This document shows positions 1 through 9,127 of a stretch of 32,000 nucleotides of DNA, piece after piece. Below the pieces are notes generated by a model. That model saw only the letters and a program-made list of their open reading frames with translations, was not told where the DNA came from and did no database searches. The translations under genes were made by a program, and so were the position numbers. The stretch lies in contig NC_013202.1 in the NCBI RefSeq assembly GCF_000023965.1, positions 1,170,001 through 1,202,000 on the forward strand, written 5' to 3'. The number at the start of each line of letters is the position of its first letter. Position 1 is the first letter of the stretch. Source of the DNA: Halomicrobium mukohataei DSM 12286 (GTDB taxonomy: Archaea > Halobacteriota > Halobacteria > Halobacteriales > Haloarculaceae).

Positions 1-207
1 CGACGCATCGTCCGTGTCGGCCGCCGGAGCGTCCGCCGTGGCCGCGTCCTCTGTGGGAGCGGCGTCCGTCTGTTGGGCACCGCTCTCGGGTGCCGCGCTG
101 TCGGCCTCGGCAGCGTCTTCCTCGATGGCCTCCTGTGCCTCGTCGTCGACGTCTTCCTCGACGTCGGAGGTGAAGCTACCGAGCTTGTCTTTCAGTCCGT
201 CGAACAT
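1..207 (-). CDS. ftsY: Signal recognition particle receptor FtsY, N-terminal part (continues beyond the window start)
   Basis: Reverse-strand ATG at 207..205 reads MFDGLKDKLGSFTSDVEEDVDDEAQEAIEEDAAEADS..., open to the window edge. The acidic N-terminus and the position just downstream of pfdA match the conserved archaeal pfdA-ftsY order. Absent from the ORF track because it has no in-window stop. Confidence 0.65.
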   Translation of the reverse strand, partial: MFDGLKDKLGSFTSDVEEDVDDEAQEAIEEDAAEADSAAPESGAQQTDAAPTEDAATADAPAADTDDAS

Positions 208-214
208 CGGCCCC

Positions 215-673
215 TTACTCGTCGTCGCCTTCTTCCTGCTGTTGCATCATCTGCTGCATCTGCTGTTGTTGCATCTGCTGGGCCTGCTGTTGCATCTTCT
301 CGGCCTCGGTCTCGAGCTCGGCGATGTCGGATTCGAGGTCCTCGATGCGGTCGTCGATGGTGTCTTGCTTCGTTTCGAGGCTGTCGATGGCTCCGGCTTC
401 CGCGCGCTCTGCGGCGTAGCCGCCACCGAGCGAGACGATGACCTCGTCGATGTCCTGAATCTCGGCGCGGAGGTAGGCGTCGCCACCCAGCGGGACCTGC
501 ACCGTGTCGCCGCTGTCGAGCGTCTCGATGGCCTCGATGGCCTCGTCGATCTCGGTCTGCTCGTTGCGCAGGGACTCGATCTCCTCTTCGATGGCTTCCT
601 GCTCCTGTTCGATCTGTTCGATCTCCTGCTGGATCTGCTGCATCTGGCCGCCACCGCCGCCACCGCCCATCAT
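215..673 (-). CDS. pfdA: Prefoldin alpha subunit
   Basis: 152 aa. Two Q/E-rich coiled-coil arms flank a beta-hairpin core ([15 protein letters not shown]...[12 protein letters not shown]). Sits between rplX and ftsY as in other Euryarchaeota. Confidence 0.88.
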   Translation of the reverse strand: MMGGGGGGGQMQQIQQEIEQIEQEQEAIEEEIESLRNEQTEIDEAIEAIETLDSGDTVQVPLGGDAYLRAEIQDIDEVIVSLGGGYAAERAEAGAIDSLETKQDTIDDRIEDLESDIAELETEAEKMQQQAQQMQQQQMQQMMQQQEEGDDE

Positions 674-843
674 TGTGCCACCTCGCTGATCTCGACCTGC
701 GTGCGCTTGAGGCCGTGCTCCGAGCCGAAGGCGGCGAACGCTCGGTCTCGCGCGACGTTCTCGTTCGGTGCTTCGACCGTCTTCTCGAAGGGCTGGTTGC
801 CGTCACGGGATTCGAACGTCCCGGTGACCGTAAATTCACTCAT
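670..843 (-). CDS. rplX: 50S ribosomal protein LX (L18Ae family), 57 aa
   Basis: Hand translation gives [57 protein letters not shown]. Its stop overlaps the pfdA start (ATGA). It lies at the expected position between eif6 and pfdA. Too short for the ORF track. Confidence 0.78.
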   Translation of the reverse strand: MSEFTVTGTFESRDGNQPFEKTVEAPNENVARDRAFAAFGSEHGLKRTQVEISEVAQ

Positions 844-1016
844 GCCTCTGGATGCGGCGGGGATAGGGAAGTATCTTCTCCTTGCGCGACAGCGAACGGG
901 CGTCGCCGATCGATTCGCGCCCAGCGCACGGCGTTCGTCTGAGACTGACGGTACGTGCGAAACGGTGTGGCCAGAGCGCCACCAAGAGAACGGCAGAGCC
1001 GATCGCCGACGGAAAA

Positions 1017-1682
1017 CTAGTCGATGTATCCCAGTGCGTCCTCGATCCGACCCAGCTCCGGACCGGACGTGTCGTCGCCGACGACGTAGCCGTTGGTGTT
1101 TGCCAGCAGGCCAGAGCCCACCAGCGGTCCGCCGTAGTTGACCGTTCCAATGTCGGCGGGCACGCCCAGGAGCGCTTCGAGGGCGTCGAGCTCCGGGTCC
1201 GTCGACTTGGGGTGACAGAGGACGCCGCGGTTCGTCGCGACGGCGGCGGTCCCGACAGTCTCGACGTCGGCGAGCGTCCCCCGCTCGACCGGCACGTCGA
1301 GTGCGTCCTCGACGACCGAGACGGCTTCGTCCGAGAGATTCGCGTGGACGTACGCACCGGTGTCGTTACAGAGCACCACGTTCCCGGCGGCGTTGATCCG
1401 GCCGGGGAGTTCGTAGACCGGGAGGTCGACGGCGTCGATGATCCGGTCGATCTCCCGGTCGCGGACGCGACTGGAGACGAGGAGTCCGTTCTCGTTGCCG
1501 GTCGCGAGTGCTCCGACGGTGCCGGAGCCGCCGACGTTAGTCGGGACGACCGGCACGTCGAGTTCGGCACCGAGTGCGTCCTGTAGCGACTGCTCGATGT
1601 CGGGGCGAACCAGCAGACAGTCGTCCGTCGCCCGTGCGAAGACACCGACGTACGACGAACCCGAGAAGGCCGCGCGGAGCAA
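1017..1682 (-). CDS. eif6: Translation initiation factor 6 (aIF6)
   Basis: 221 aa, [21 protein letters not shown]... with the repeated eIF6 pentein-type units ([24 protein letters not shown]). Conserved position after rpl31e. Confidence 0.9.
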   Translation of the reverse strand: MLRAAFSGSSYVGVFARATDDCLLVRPDIEQSLQDALGAELDVPVVPTNVGGSGTVGALATGNENGLLVSSRVRDREIDRIIDAVDLPVYELPGRINAAGNVVLCNDTGAYVHANLSDEAVSVVEDALDVPVERGTLADVETVGTAAVATNRGVLCHPKSTDPELDALEALLGVPADIGTVNYGGPLVGSGLLANTNGYVVGDDTSGPELGRIEDALGYID

Positions 1683-1685
1683 GAT

Positions 1686-1964
1686 TTACTCTGCAGTCTC
1701 GGCTTCCACGACGTTCTCGCCCTCTTCGTCGAATCGGGCGGCGCGTACGCGGAGCTTGCTCGGCGGGTTCGACCGACCGCGTTCCCAGATCGCTTCGTTG
1801 ATCGATGGGTCGAGGCGGACGGCGTCCTCGTCGACGGCGAAGTGCTTCGCGAGGTGTTCGCGGACGATGGACATCGCCTTGTCTGCCTTCTTGTGGTTCG
1901 CTTCTGCGTCTGCGTCGCGGAGCGGAACGGTGACGACCCGTTCCTCGAAGTCGTTAGCGCTCAT
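1686..1964 (-). CDS. rpl31e: 50S ribosomal protein L31e
   Basis: 92 aa, ...ERVVTVPLRDA...KKADKAMSIVREHLAKHF...IWERGRSNPPSKLRVRA. The start overlaps the rpl39e stop by 1 nt (TAATG). Confidence 0.92.
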   Translation of the reverse strand: MSANDFEERVVTVPLRDADAEANHKKADKAMSIVREHLAKHFAVDEDAVRLDPSINEAIWERGRSNPPSKLRVRAARFDEEGENVVEAETAE

Positions 1965-2116
1965 TATTCGTCAGTGTTGCCTCGTCGCCAGTTGCGACGC
2001 TTGTGGTTGCGCTGGACATCGCGGTCGGTCTTGAGCATGACCCACGCGGGGATGCGGCTGTTCTGGCGGTCGAGCTTTGCCAGGCGCTTCTTCTGGGCTT
2101 TCGATTTGTTGCTCAT
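1964..2116 (-). CDS. rpl39e: 50S ribosomal protein L39e (50 aa)
   Basis: Internal ATG at 2116 gives [50 protein letters not shown]. The upstream extension in the ORF track (to 2179) is non-basic and not expected. Confidence 0.88.
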   Translation of the reverse strand: MSNKSKAQKKRLAKLDRQNSRIPAWVMLKTDRDVQRNHKRRNWRRGNTDE

Positions 2117-2269
2117 GATGTGCGTCTCTTCCGCGCCGTAGCTTAAATGTGTGTTCTTTTCGGTCAGCGTCGGTCCCACCGTCGACTGCCACGGCGCTGT
2201 GCAGGGAGTTATCAGAGATGGAAACTGGCCAGACAGTATTATGCTGTTGTGATCGTGATAGTATCAGCA

Positions 2270-2779
2270 ATGAAAAGGCGGAGATTTCTGCGTTCTACCG
2301 GCGTCGCAGTGTCGCTTGGAGCCACCGGTTGTCTGGGACTGGGTGGAGAAGCGATCGTGAGCGTTCAGGAGAGCGTCCGCGTCGAGCCCGGTAGCGGCTG
2401 GGTCGAGAAGATACCGGACGTATCCGACACCGGCGGTGCCGTCTCGTACACGGTCCGGTCGGACGACCGCCGCTTCGACGTGTATCTGTTCGTGGGCGAC
2501 GACCAGTACGAGCACTACGACGCGTACGTCAAAGACGAGGAGCCCACCGAGACCCCGGGCGGCCACGAGGAGTTCAGCAAGGCCGCGGTCCCGAAGCCGG
2601 ACGACGAGTCGACCTACGAGGCGTCGACCCAGAACGGCGCACGGGAGTCACTCGACGTGGCCGGCCCGTACTACTTCGTCGTCGACCACTCGAACTATCG
2701 GATGGAGAACCGCGTCGACGAGTACGGCGAGCCCCTCAGCGCGTTCGTCGACCTCGAAGTCGTCAAGAATCGCATCTAG
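2270..2779 (+). CDS. Tat-signal lipoprotein, function unknown
   Basis: ATG at 2270 gives MKRRRFLRSTGVAVSLGATGCLG: a twin-arginine motif plus a lipobox Cys. The mature part is acidic. The ORF-track start at 2147 adds a basic, non-haloarchaeal extension. Confidence 0.7.
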   Translation: MKRRRFLRSTGVAVSLGATGCLGLGGEAIVSVQESVRVEPGSGWVEKIPDVSDTGGAVSYTVRSDDRRFDVYLFVGDDQYEHYDAYVKDEEPTETPGGHEEFSKAAVPKPDDESTYEASTQNGARESLDVAGPYYFVVDHSNYRMENRVDEYGEPLSAFVDLEVVKNRI

Positions 2780-2852
2780 GCGACGGGAGTCGCCGAAATC
2801 GCGGCCCTCGCCGTCGTGTGGTCGACCGGCCAAATTCCGACGACCGTCCGTC

Positions 2853-3656
2853 TCAGACGAACGCCAGTGGCACCATCAGGAGGACGCCGGCAACCGCTCC
2901 GGTGACGAGTTCCTTCCGACCGCCGTCGGGGAGGTCGCGCCCGTATTCGAGGGCTTCCGGAACGAACTCCGTGACGACGAGATACACCATCGCCCCGGCT
3001 GCGAAGCCGAAGCCGAAGGGCAGAAACTCCCGTGCCAGTCGGACGAACGCGAAGGCGATGACCGCACCGATGGGCTGGGGCAACGACGAGAAGACGGCCC
3101 ACCACACCATCTTCCACTCGCTGACCCCCAGCGTCCGCAGCGGGATCGAGATGGCGACGCCCTCGGGGACGTTGTGGATCGAGATAGCGACGGTCATGAA
3201 CACCGCGAGCACCGGGAGTCCGAGCCCGAGGACGGTGACGGTCTCAGCGCCGGCCAGCCCCAGTTCGGCGAAGCTCACGCCGACGGCGACGCCCTCCGGG
3301 AAGCTGTGGACCGTCAACACCCCGAGGATGAGGACGAGCTTCTTGAAGTCGGCCTCCTCGAACGCCTCGGGGTGGTGGTCGTAGGAGTCGACGACGCGGT
3401 GACCGACGACCACGAGCACGACCCCCGCCAGCAGTCCGGGCACCAGCAGAATCGGCGACCCGTAGGCGAGCCCCTCCCGGACGAGTCCGAACAGCGACGC
3501 CGAGACCATGATCCCGGAAGCGACGCCCCACAGCGCGACGTTCCAGCGATCGCTGAAGTCGTCGACGACGAAAAACGGGATCGCGCCGAGCCCCGTGGCC
3601 AGCGCCGTGAGCAATCCAGCGACGAAGACCAACACGAGATTCTCGACGAGGGCCAT
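2853..3656 (-). CDS. ZIP family metal (zinc) transporter
   Basis: 267 aa multi-TM protein with HSFPEG and HNVPEG motifs typical of ZupT/GufA-type ZIP permeases. Confidence 0.85.
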   Translation of the reverse strand: MALVENLVLVFVAGLLTALATGLGAIPFFVVDDFSDRWNVALWGVASGIMVSASLFGLVREGLAYGSPILLVPGLLAGVVLVVVGHRVVDSYDHHPEAFEEADFKKLVLILGVLTVHSFPEGVAVGVSFAELGLAGAETVTVLGLGLPVLAVFMTVAISIHNVPEGVAISIPLRTLGVSEWKMVWWAVFSSLPQPIGAVIAFAFVRLAREFLPFGFGFAAGAMVYLVVTEFVPEALEYGRDLPDGGRKELVTGAVAGVLLMVPLAFV

Positions 3657-3852
3657 ATCGGATCTTGCGGATACGACGCCATAAGACCTATCACGAATCC
3701 GATGTTTTTGGGAGCCCTAAATCCGGCGGCAGTCCTAATACACTTTCAACTGTTACGTCGTCCTTGTACTGGTGGATCCCGGTATAATACATCGAACTGT
3801 ACTAACCCCCTATTGGAGAACGCTTATACAAGATTTCGTGGAATTCAGAAAC

Positions 3853-4119
3853 ATGTCTACGGTGAAGCCGCCGAATAGTGAAGGTACGTTCGTTATCGAG
3901 AGTGCAGTCAGAGACGACGGCTCGGTGACGGTCCGGGAGGCCGGCACGACCACGACGCACCACGTCGTCGACTACGCCGACTCGCTCGTCCGCGAGAAGT
4001 TGGCGGCCCGGCCGGTCGGCACCACGGTCAGGCTCGCACTCGCACCGGCCGACCCGACGGGCCAGGAGTGGATCGCGACCCGGATCAAGCCGGGCGCACC
4101 ACTCGGGCTGGGTCCCTGA
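3853..4119 (+). CDS. Hypothetical protein (88 aa)
   Basis: ATG at 3853 follows an AT-rich promoter-like spacer. The product is acidic. No recognisable motif. Confidence 0.5.
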   Translation: MSTVKPPNSEGTFVIESAVRDDGSVTVREAGTTTTHHVVDYADSLVREKLAARPVGTTVRLALAPADPTGQEWIATRIKPGAPLGLGP

Positions 4120-4127
4120 TCGGCCGG

Positions 4128-4688
4128 TCACGACAGCGGCACCGACGCGATCGTCGAGTACAGCGGCCCCGCGTCGGTGTGGACGCTCTCGGTCAGTCGG
4201 ATCTCCTCGACGCGGCGCGTGCCCGCAGTCGGATCGCGCTCGCGAACGAGCTCCTGGACCAGTTCCTTGTCACCGGCGTGGTTCATCCGGGCGAGCGTGA
4301 CGTGTGGCGTGAACTCGTGGTCGGACGGTTCGAACCCCATCGCGGTGGTCCGGTCCTCGATCGCGTCGTGGAGGCGAGTCAGCTGCTCGCTTCCGGCGTC
4401 GACGCCCAGCCACACGACGGTGATGTAGTCCAGACTCGGGAAGACGCCGAGCCCCTCGAAGCTGACGGTGAACGGACCGACGCCGCTGTCGGCGACGGCC
4501 GCGTGTAGCTCCTCGACGAGCTCGTCGACGCGGTGGGGCTCGGTCTCTCCGAGGAACTGCAGGGTGACGTGGGCCTGCTCCGGGTCGACGTGGTTCAGGC
4601 CGCTGGCGTCGACGAAGGGTTCCTGGACCGTGGCGACCGCCTCGGCCAGCCCGTCCAGTCCGACGCTGACGAACAGTCGCTTGCTCAT
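4128..4688 (-). CDS. thpR: RNA 2',3'-cyclic phosphodiesterase (2H phosphoesterase, ThpR/LigT family)
   Basis: Two H-x-T-x motifs (HVTLQF and HVTLAR) with the spacing expected of the 2H superfamily. Start taken at MSKRLFVSV (4688). Confidence 0.8.
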   Translation of the reverse strand: MSKRLFVSVGLDGLAEAVATVQEPFVDASGLNHVDPEQAHVTLQFLGETEPHRVDELVEELHAAVADSGVGPFTVSFEGLGVFPSLDYITVVWLGVDAGSEQLTRLHDAIEDRTTAMGFEPSDHEFTPHVTLARMNHAGDKELVQELVRERDPTAGTRRVEEIRLTESVHTDAGPLYSTIASVPLS

Positions 4689-4758
4689 ACGGAACGATCG
4701 GGCGTCGCTGACTTGAGTCTTCCACAACCACTATTTCGCCCGCCGCACACGAGCCGAT

Positions 4759-4971
4759 ATGGAAGACGTTGCCGCCCTGCAACGGACCGTCCGCCGCTGT
4801 ACGGCAGTCGTCGTGGTCGCCGTGGGACTCCTGGTCGGGGCCGTCAGTCCGGGAAACGTCCCCGTCGCCGCGCTCCTCGTCGTCGGTAGTCTCCTGTACC
4901 TCGCTGTGAGTGCCGTCTACGTTTCGCCAGACGCCGCCGAGCCCGACGCGACCGCCGCGGACGGCGAGTGA
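4759..4971 (+). CDS. Small membrane protein (70 aa, two predicted TM helices)
   Basis: Two hydrophobic segments and an acidic tail. No family recognised. Confidence 0.4.
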   Translation: MEDVAALQRTVRRCTAVVVVAVGLLVGAVSPGNVPVAALLVVGSLLYLAVSAVYVSPDAAEPDATAADGE

Positions 4972-5008
4972 CGTAGCCCTTAACCATCCTGACCGCCAAC
5001 CCCGGAGT

Positions 5009-5785
5009 ATGACTGATCCAGAGCGCGACGACCACGAGTTCTCCTCGGGGCAGGGTTTCGACGAGCCCTACGAGGGGTTCGACATCGATCCGCCCGAGCT
5101 GGCCGTCGACACGGACAAGGTCGATCCGGTCGACTCCCGAGTCGTCACCGACATCCTCGACGAGCAAAACGTCCCGACCGACGCGGTCGACGCCGAGAAA
5201 CTGCTCGACGTGGGCGTCTCGTACGTCCACATCAACCGCCACGAACAGGCCGCCGAGACCTTCGAACGGGCCGCCCGATTCGCCGACGACGAGCGGATCG
5301 AACAGGAGGCCTGGACCAACAAGGGCGCGGCCCACGCCGAGATGGAAGAGTGGGACGCCGCCATCGGTGCCTACCGGGAAGCCCTCAACGTCGAGGAAGA
5401 GAGCGACGCTGGCGGTGCGCTCGGGGACGACGCGCCGAGCGCGAGCAACGAGCACGCGGCCACGGCCGAGACGAACCTCGCGTACGCGCTGTGGGAGTCC
5501 GGGCGGACCGAACAGGCGCTCGAACACGCCGAGCGGGCGGTCGAGATCGATCCACGGTTCGCCGAAGCCTGGTACAACCGCGGTTTCTTCCTGCTGGAGC
5601 GTGGGCTGGCCGAGGACGCCGTCGACGCCTTCGACAACGCCACCCGCCTGGGCTTTCGCAACCCCGACATCCTCGAAGAGAAGGCCCGCGCATTAGAGGA
5701 GATGGAAGAGTACGAGCGCGCCGAGAAACTGGTCGAGGAAGCCGAAGAGATGCGCGAAGAGGCCGAACAAGAACTGCTCGAATGA
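5009..5785 (+). CDS. TPR repeat protein
   Basis: ATG at 5009 (MTDPERDD...). Several 34-aa TPR-like units (e.g. AWTNKGAAHAEMEEWDAAIGAYREAL, AEAWYNRGFFLLERGLAEDAVDAFDNA). The stop overlaps the next gene start (ATGA). Confidence 0.75.
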   Translation: MTDPERDDHEFSSGQGFDEPYEGFDIDPPELAVDTDKVDPVDSRVVTDILDEQNVPTDAVDAEKLLDVGVSYVHINRHEQAAETFERAARFADDERIEQEAWTNKGAAHAEMEEWDAAIGAYREALNVEEESDAGGALGDDAPSASNEHAATAETNLAYALWESGRTEQALEHAERAVEIDPRFAEAWYNRGFFLLERGLAEDAVDAFDNATRLGFRNPDILEEKARALEEMEEYERAEKLVEEAEEMREEAEQELLE

Positions 5786-6072
5786 TCCTCAACGAACGCG
5801 AGACCGACGAGGGGACGCTGGTCTCCGTGTGCGATCCCGACATCATCGGCGAGACCTTCGACGACGGCGAGATCTCGCTGACCGTCGACGAGGGGTTCTA
5901 CGACGGGGAGGAAGTCGACGAGCAGACCGTCCTCGACAGCCTCTCGCAGTGTACCGTCGCCAATCTCGTGGGCACCGAGACCGTCACGCTGGCAGTCGAA
6001 CACGGGTTCATCGACGAGGAGAACGTGCTGGACATCGACGGGACGCGGCACGCACAGCTGCTCTGGATGTGA
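5782..6072 (+). CDS. DUF424-like small protein (96 aa)
   Basis: MILNERETDEGTLVSVCDPDIIGETF...NLVGTETV...IDGTRHAQLLWM resembles archaeal DUF424 proteins. Translationally coupled to the TPR gene. Confidence 0.65.
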   Translation: MILNERETDEGTLVSVCDPDIIGETFDDGEISLTVDEGFYDGEEVDEQTVLDSLSQCTVANLVGTETVTLAVEHGFIDEENVLDIDGTRHAQLLWM

Positions 6073-6250
6073 CGGGACAGGGATCGTCGAGTGGGTGGCC
6101 GGCGGCGGCTCGTACTGCCGTCCGTCCGTCTGGGCGGCATCTCGCGTCCGGAGTCGCGGACGCCTCGAAACAGTGCGAACCGGCAGCACAACGTGGCAAC
6201 GAACCGACGAACCGAAGGAAAGTTCCCCGTCGGGGCCTACGCTGTAAGTA

Positions 6251-7495
6251 ATGAGTCACAGTGAGACAGAGGCCCTCGACGTCGAGTCCATCCGGGACGA
6301 GTTCCCGATCCTCGACCGGGAGTTCGACGGAACGCCGCTCGTGTACCTCGACAACGCGGCGACGAGCCAGACGCCGGACCAGGTCATCGACTCGATCAGT
6401 CACTACTACCGACACTACAACGCCAACGTCCACCGCGGCCTCCACCAGCTGAGTCAGGAGGCCTCGATCGCCTACGAGGAGGCCCACGACCGGGTCGCGG
6501 AGTTCATCGGGGCGAGCGGCGGGCGCAAAGAGGTCGTGTTCACGAAGAACACGACGGAGTCGATGAACACGGTCGCCTACGCGTGGGGGCTCGCCGAGCT
6601 GGGCCCCGGCGACGAGGTCGTCCTCACGGAGATGGAACACCACGCCGCGCTCGTGACCTGGCAACAGATCGCCAAGAAGACCGGCGCGACGGTGAAGTTC
6701 GTGGAGGTCGACGAGGACGGACGCCTCGACATGGACCACGCTCGCGAGCTGATCACCGACGACACCGAGATGGTCAGCGTCGTCCACGTCTCGAACACGC
6801 TGGGGACCGTCAACCCCGTCTCCGAGCTGGCCGACATCGCCCACGATCACGACTCGCTGATCTTCGTCGACGGGGCGCAGTCGGTGCCACACATGCCCGT
6901 CGACGTGGAGGCCATCGACGCGGACTTCTTCGCCTTTTCGGGCCACAAGATGTGTGGTCCGACCGGCGTCGGCGTCCTCTACGGCAAAGAGCACCTGCTC
7001 GACGCGATGCAGCCGTACCTCTACGGGGGAATGATGATCGAGAAGGTGACCTTCGAGGACTCGACGTGGCACGAACTCCCCTGGAAGTTCGAGGCCGGCA
7101 CGCCGGTCATCAGCGAGGGGATCGCACTCGCCGAGGCCTGTGACTACCTCGATTCGATCGGGATGGAGCGCGTCCACCGCCACGGCACGGAACTGGCGGC
7201 GTACGCCTACGACCGCCTCCAGGAGTTCGACGACATCGAGATTCTGGGGCCGGGCGGCGACGAACGGGCCGCGCTGGTCTCGTTCGACATGGACAACGTC
7301 CACGCCCACGACGTTTCGGAGATTCTCAACGCCAACGGCGTCGCCGTCCGCGCGGGCGATCACTGTACGCAGCCGCTACACGACAAGCTCGGCGTCTCCG
7401 CGTCGACGCGGGCTTCGTTCTACATCTACAACACTCGCGAGGAAGTGGACGCGCTGGTCGACGCACTCGATCAGGCCCGCGAGCTGTTCGCGTAG
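6251..7495 (+). CDS. sufS: Cysteine desulfurase, SufS type (class V aminotransferase)
   Basis: 414 aa with a PLP-lysine motif (FSGHKMCGPTGVG) and a catalytic Cys motif (RAGDHCTQP). Confidence 0.9.
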   Translation: MSHSETEALDVESIRDEFPILDREFDGTPLVYLDNAATSQTPDQVIDSISHYYRHYNANVHRGLHQLSQEASIAYEEAHDRVAEFIGASGGRKEVVFTKNTTESMNTVAYAWGLAELGPGDEVVLTEMEHHAALVTWQQIAKKTGATVKFVEVDEDGRLDMDHARELITDDTEMVSVVHVSNTLGTVNPVSELADIAHDHDSLIFVDGAQSVPHMPVDVEAIDADFFAFSGHKMCGPTGVGVLYGKEHLLDAMQPYLYGGMMIEKVTFEDSTWHELPWKFEAGTPVISEGIALAEACDYLDSIGMERVHRHGTELAAYAYDRLQEFDDIEILGPGGDERAALVSFDMDNVHAHDVSEILNANGVAVRAGDHCTQPLHDKLGVSASTRASFYIYNTREEVDALVDALDQARELFA

Positions 7496-7497
7496 CG
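7429..7497. repeat. Direct repeat copy A: last 65 nt of sufS, including the stop codon, plus 2 nt
   Basis: 69/69 nt identical to 7683..7751 (caacactcgcgaggaagtggacgcgctggtcgacgcactcgatcaggcccgcgagctgttcgcgtagcg). Confidence 0.97.
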
Positions 7498-7682
7498 GAC
7501 GAGCATCCGCGCCATAGGCGCGGTTCACCGGTCCGACTGCAGGAGGTCCGGCGTTTTTCGCCCACGTTCGCAAGAGCGCCGCTCTTGCGAGCTCATCAGA
7601 GATCGAAGATTTCTGAGGACGTTTTTGCGCAAGCGGTTCGCGAGTACAGCGAGCGAACCCGCAGAGCAAAAAGGTGGTCTCG
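7498..7682 (+). repeat. Structured intergenic repeat element, copy 1 (plus orientation)
   Basis: Blocks in order:
- GC hairpin at 7507-7523 (ccgcgcc-ata-ggcgcgg).
- TTTTTCGCCCAC.
- Palindrome at 7569-7589 (cgcaagagcg-c-cgctcttgcg).
- Long hairpin module at 7622-7672 (TTTTTGCGC..GGTTCGC-loop-GCGAACC..GCAAAAA).
The block order matches the element at 15306-15464. Confidence 0.8.
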
Positions 7683-7751
7683 CAACACTCGCGAGGAAGT
7701 GGACGCGCTGGTCGACGCACTCGATCAGGCCCGCGAGCTGTTCGCGTAGCG
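7683..7751. repeat. Direct repeat copy B: orphan copy of the sufS 3' end
   Basis: Perfect 69-nt copy of 7429..7497, located 254 bp downstream and not attached to any gene body. Confidence 0.97.
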
Positions 7752-7837
7752 AGTGGTCCCCCTCACGAGTCGCGGTCCCGCGAGCGAGGTGACACGATCC
7801 GTGGGCGAAGGCAGCGGCCGCCGGCCTGAGGGCGGCG

Positions 7838-8857
7838 TCAGCCGCCGTCACCGGGCTGGTGGCGCTCTCGGGCGACGTACTGCCACTCGTCCCGGCCGAG
7901 CCCATCCGTGCCGTTCGAGTAGGCGAGCTGGTCGTACAGCCCGTTGTAGTTCATGACGCTGTCGTACTCCTCGGTGGAGTACGTCTTGCTGTCGACGCCT
8001 TCGGCTCGGCCGTCGAGGCCGAAGGCGTGTCCCAGTTCGTGCATGAACAGCGACGCGGTGAGTTTCGGCGCGTCGAAGGTCTGCATCGCGACGATGCCGG
8101 GGCGGCCGGCACCGACGTAGCGGGGCTGTCCGTCGTAGGCCACGTCGTCGGCCAGGACGACGTAGTAGTACGCCGAGCCGCTGGCGTCGAAGTGGTCCTC
8201 GCGGAAGTCGTACATGTCGTCGCGCGGTCCGGGCCTGTCGGTAGAGTAGACGGTGGCGTTGCTTTCGAGCCCCCGGTCGTCAACGAGGACGTGTATATCG
8301 ATCCCCGACCCACCGCTCGGGTTCTCGACTGGGGCGTCCGCGAACGTCCGCTCGATCAGGTCGACGGCGGCCTCGCTCAACCGATTCTCGCCGGTCGCGT
8401 CGACCTCGACGTAGATGTCGTGTTCGAGCGGGTCGGCGTCGGGGTACAGCGGGTCGTCGACCTCGGTACCGTCCGGGATACCGTCACCGTCCGTGTCGGG
8501 ATCTGTCGGGTCCGCTCCCAAGCTGCGTTCCCGCTCGTCGATCAGCCCGTCGGCGTCGGTGTCCGTCGCGTTCACCGACGCGGTCGAACCGTCGGGCTCG
8601 GTGGTACCGCCGACGCGCTGTCGTCGAATCGCGGCTCCGTCGGTTTCGGCGTCGTCGGCGTCGACCAGCCGCTCGGCCACTGTCGCGCCGCCGGCAGGGC
8701 GGACCTGCGTCTCGTCGTCGCTGACCGACACCGCCAGTGTGCCGCTGGCGACCGCTGCGACGACCAGCAGGGCGGTGACGACGTGGATCGGACCCACGCT
8801 CACGGCGTCGACGGGCGCGGCGAGTCGACCGCGACCGCCTCGTGGCCGGCTAGCCAT
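7838..8857 (-). CDS. Secreted or membrane-anchored zinc metalloprotease-like protein with calcium-binding repeats
   Basis: N-terminal hydrophobic anchor. DxDxDG thrombospondin-type-3-like repeats (DTDADGLID, DPDTDGDGIPDG). HELGHAFGLD zinc motif followed by a Met-turn-like SVMNY. Confidence 0.7.
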   Translation of the reverse strand: MASRPRGGRGRLAAPVDAVSVGPIHVVTALLVVAAVASGTLAVSVSDDETQVRPAGGATVAERLVDADDAETDGAAIRRQRVGGTTEPDGSTASVNATDTDADGLIDERERSLGADPTDPDTDGDGIPDGTEVDDPLYPDADPLEHDIYVEVDATGENRLSEAAVDLIERTFADAPVENPSGGSGIDIHVLVDDRGLESNATVYSTDRPGPRDDMYDFREDHFDASGSAYYYVVLADDVAYDGQPRYVGAGRPGIVAMQTFDAPKLTASLFMHELGHAFGLDGRAEGVDSKTYSTEEYDSVMNYNGLYDQLAYSNGTDGLGRDEWQYVARERHQPGDGG

Positions 8858-9127
8858 CGCTCTCCCCCAGGTGGCTATCAGAACCGATACTAGTGCCCGA
8901 GACGGCGTGGTTCGACCACCGACGGCGAACGGGTCCTGTCGCCGCCCAAGCGAGTGAGCGGGCCGACAGAGCGATACGCATACGAATAGAAGGAGGTGAC
9001 TAACGGGACATAAGACACGCCGTCAAATTATCGGAGCTGATACTGCATCGCTCCGAGCGTCCCGAGCGGGTGGGCACGGCGCGGCGAGTGGCGCTACTTT
9101 TTTCCGGGGTGTCGTAAATCACACAGT

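Noticed and set aside
7498-7682. Intron (bulge-helix-bulge) or intein-like interruption of sufS or the pitA-like gene.
   Set aside because: In both cases the gene-proximal repeat copy ends with an in-frame stop codon at the position expected for a full-length protein, so no splicing is needed. I could not identify a BHB motif at the boundaries.
7429-7751. Diversity-generating retroelement (template/variable repeat pair at a gene 3' end).
   Set aside because: The sufS copies are identical. At the pitA-like locus the substitutions are not adenine-specific (c/g, a/g, t/g, g/c, c/a all occur). No reverse transcriptase is present in the window.
8915-8975. Possible degenerate fifth copy of the element (cgaacgg and gagtgagcgg strings) and a 10-nt match to the DUF502 gene 5' end.
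   Set aside because: Only short matches of about 10 nt, without the ordered hairpin blocks. Matches of this length are expected by chance in 32 kb of GC-biased sequence.
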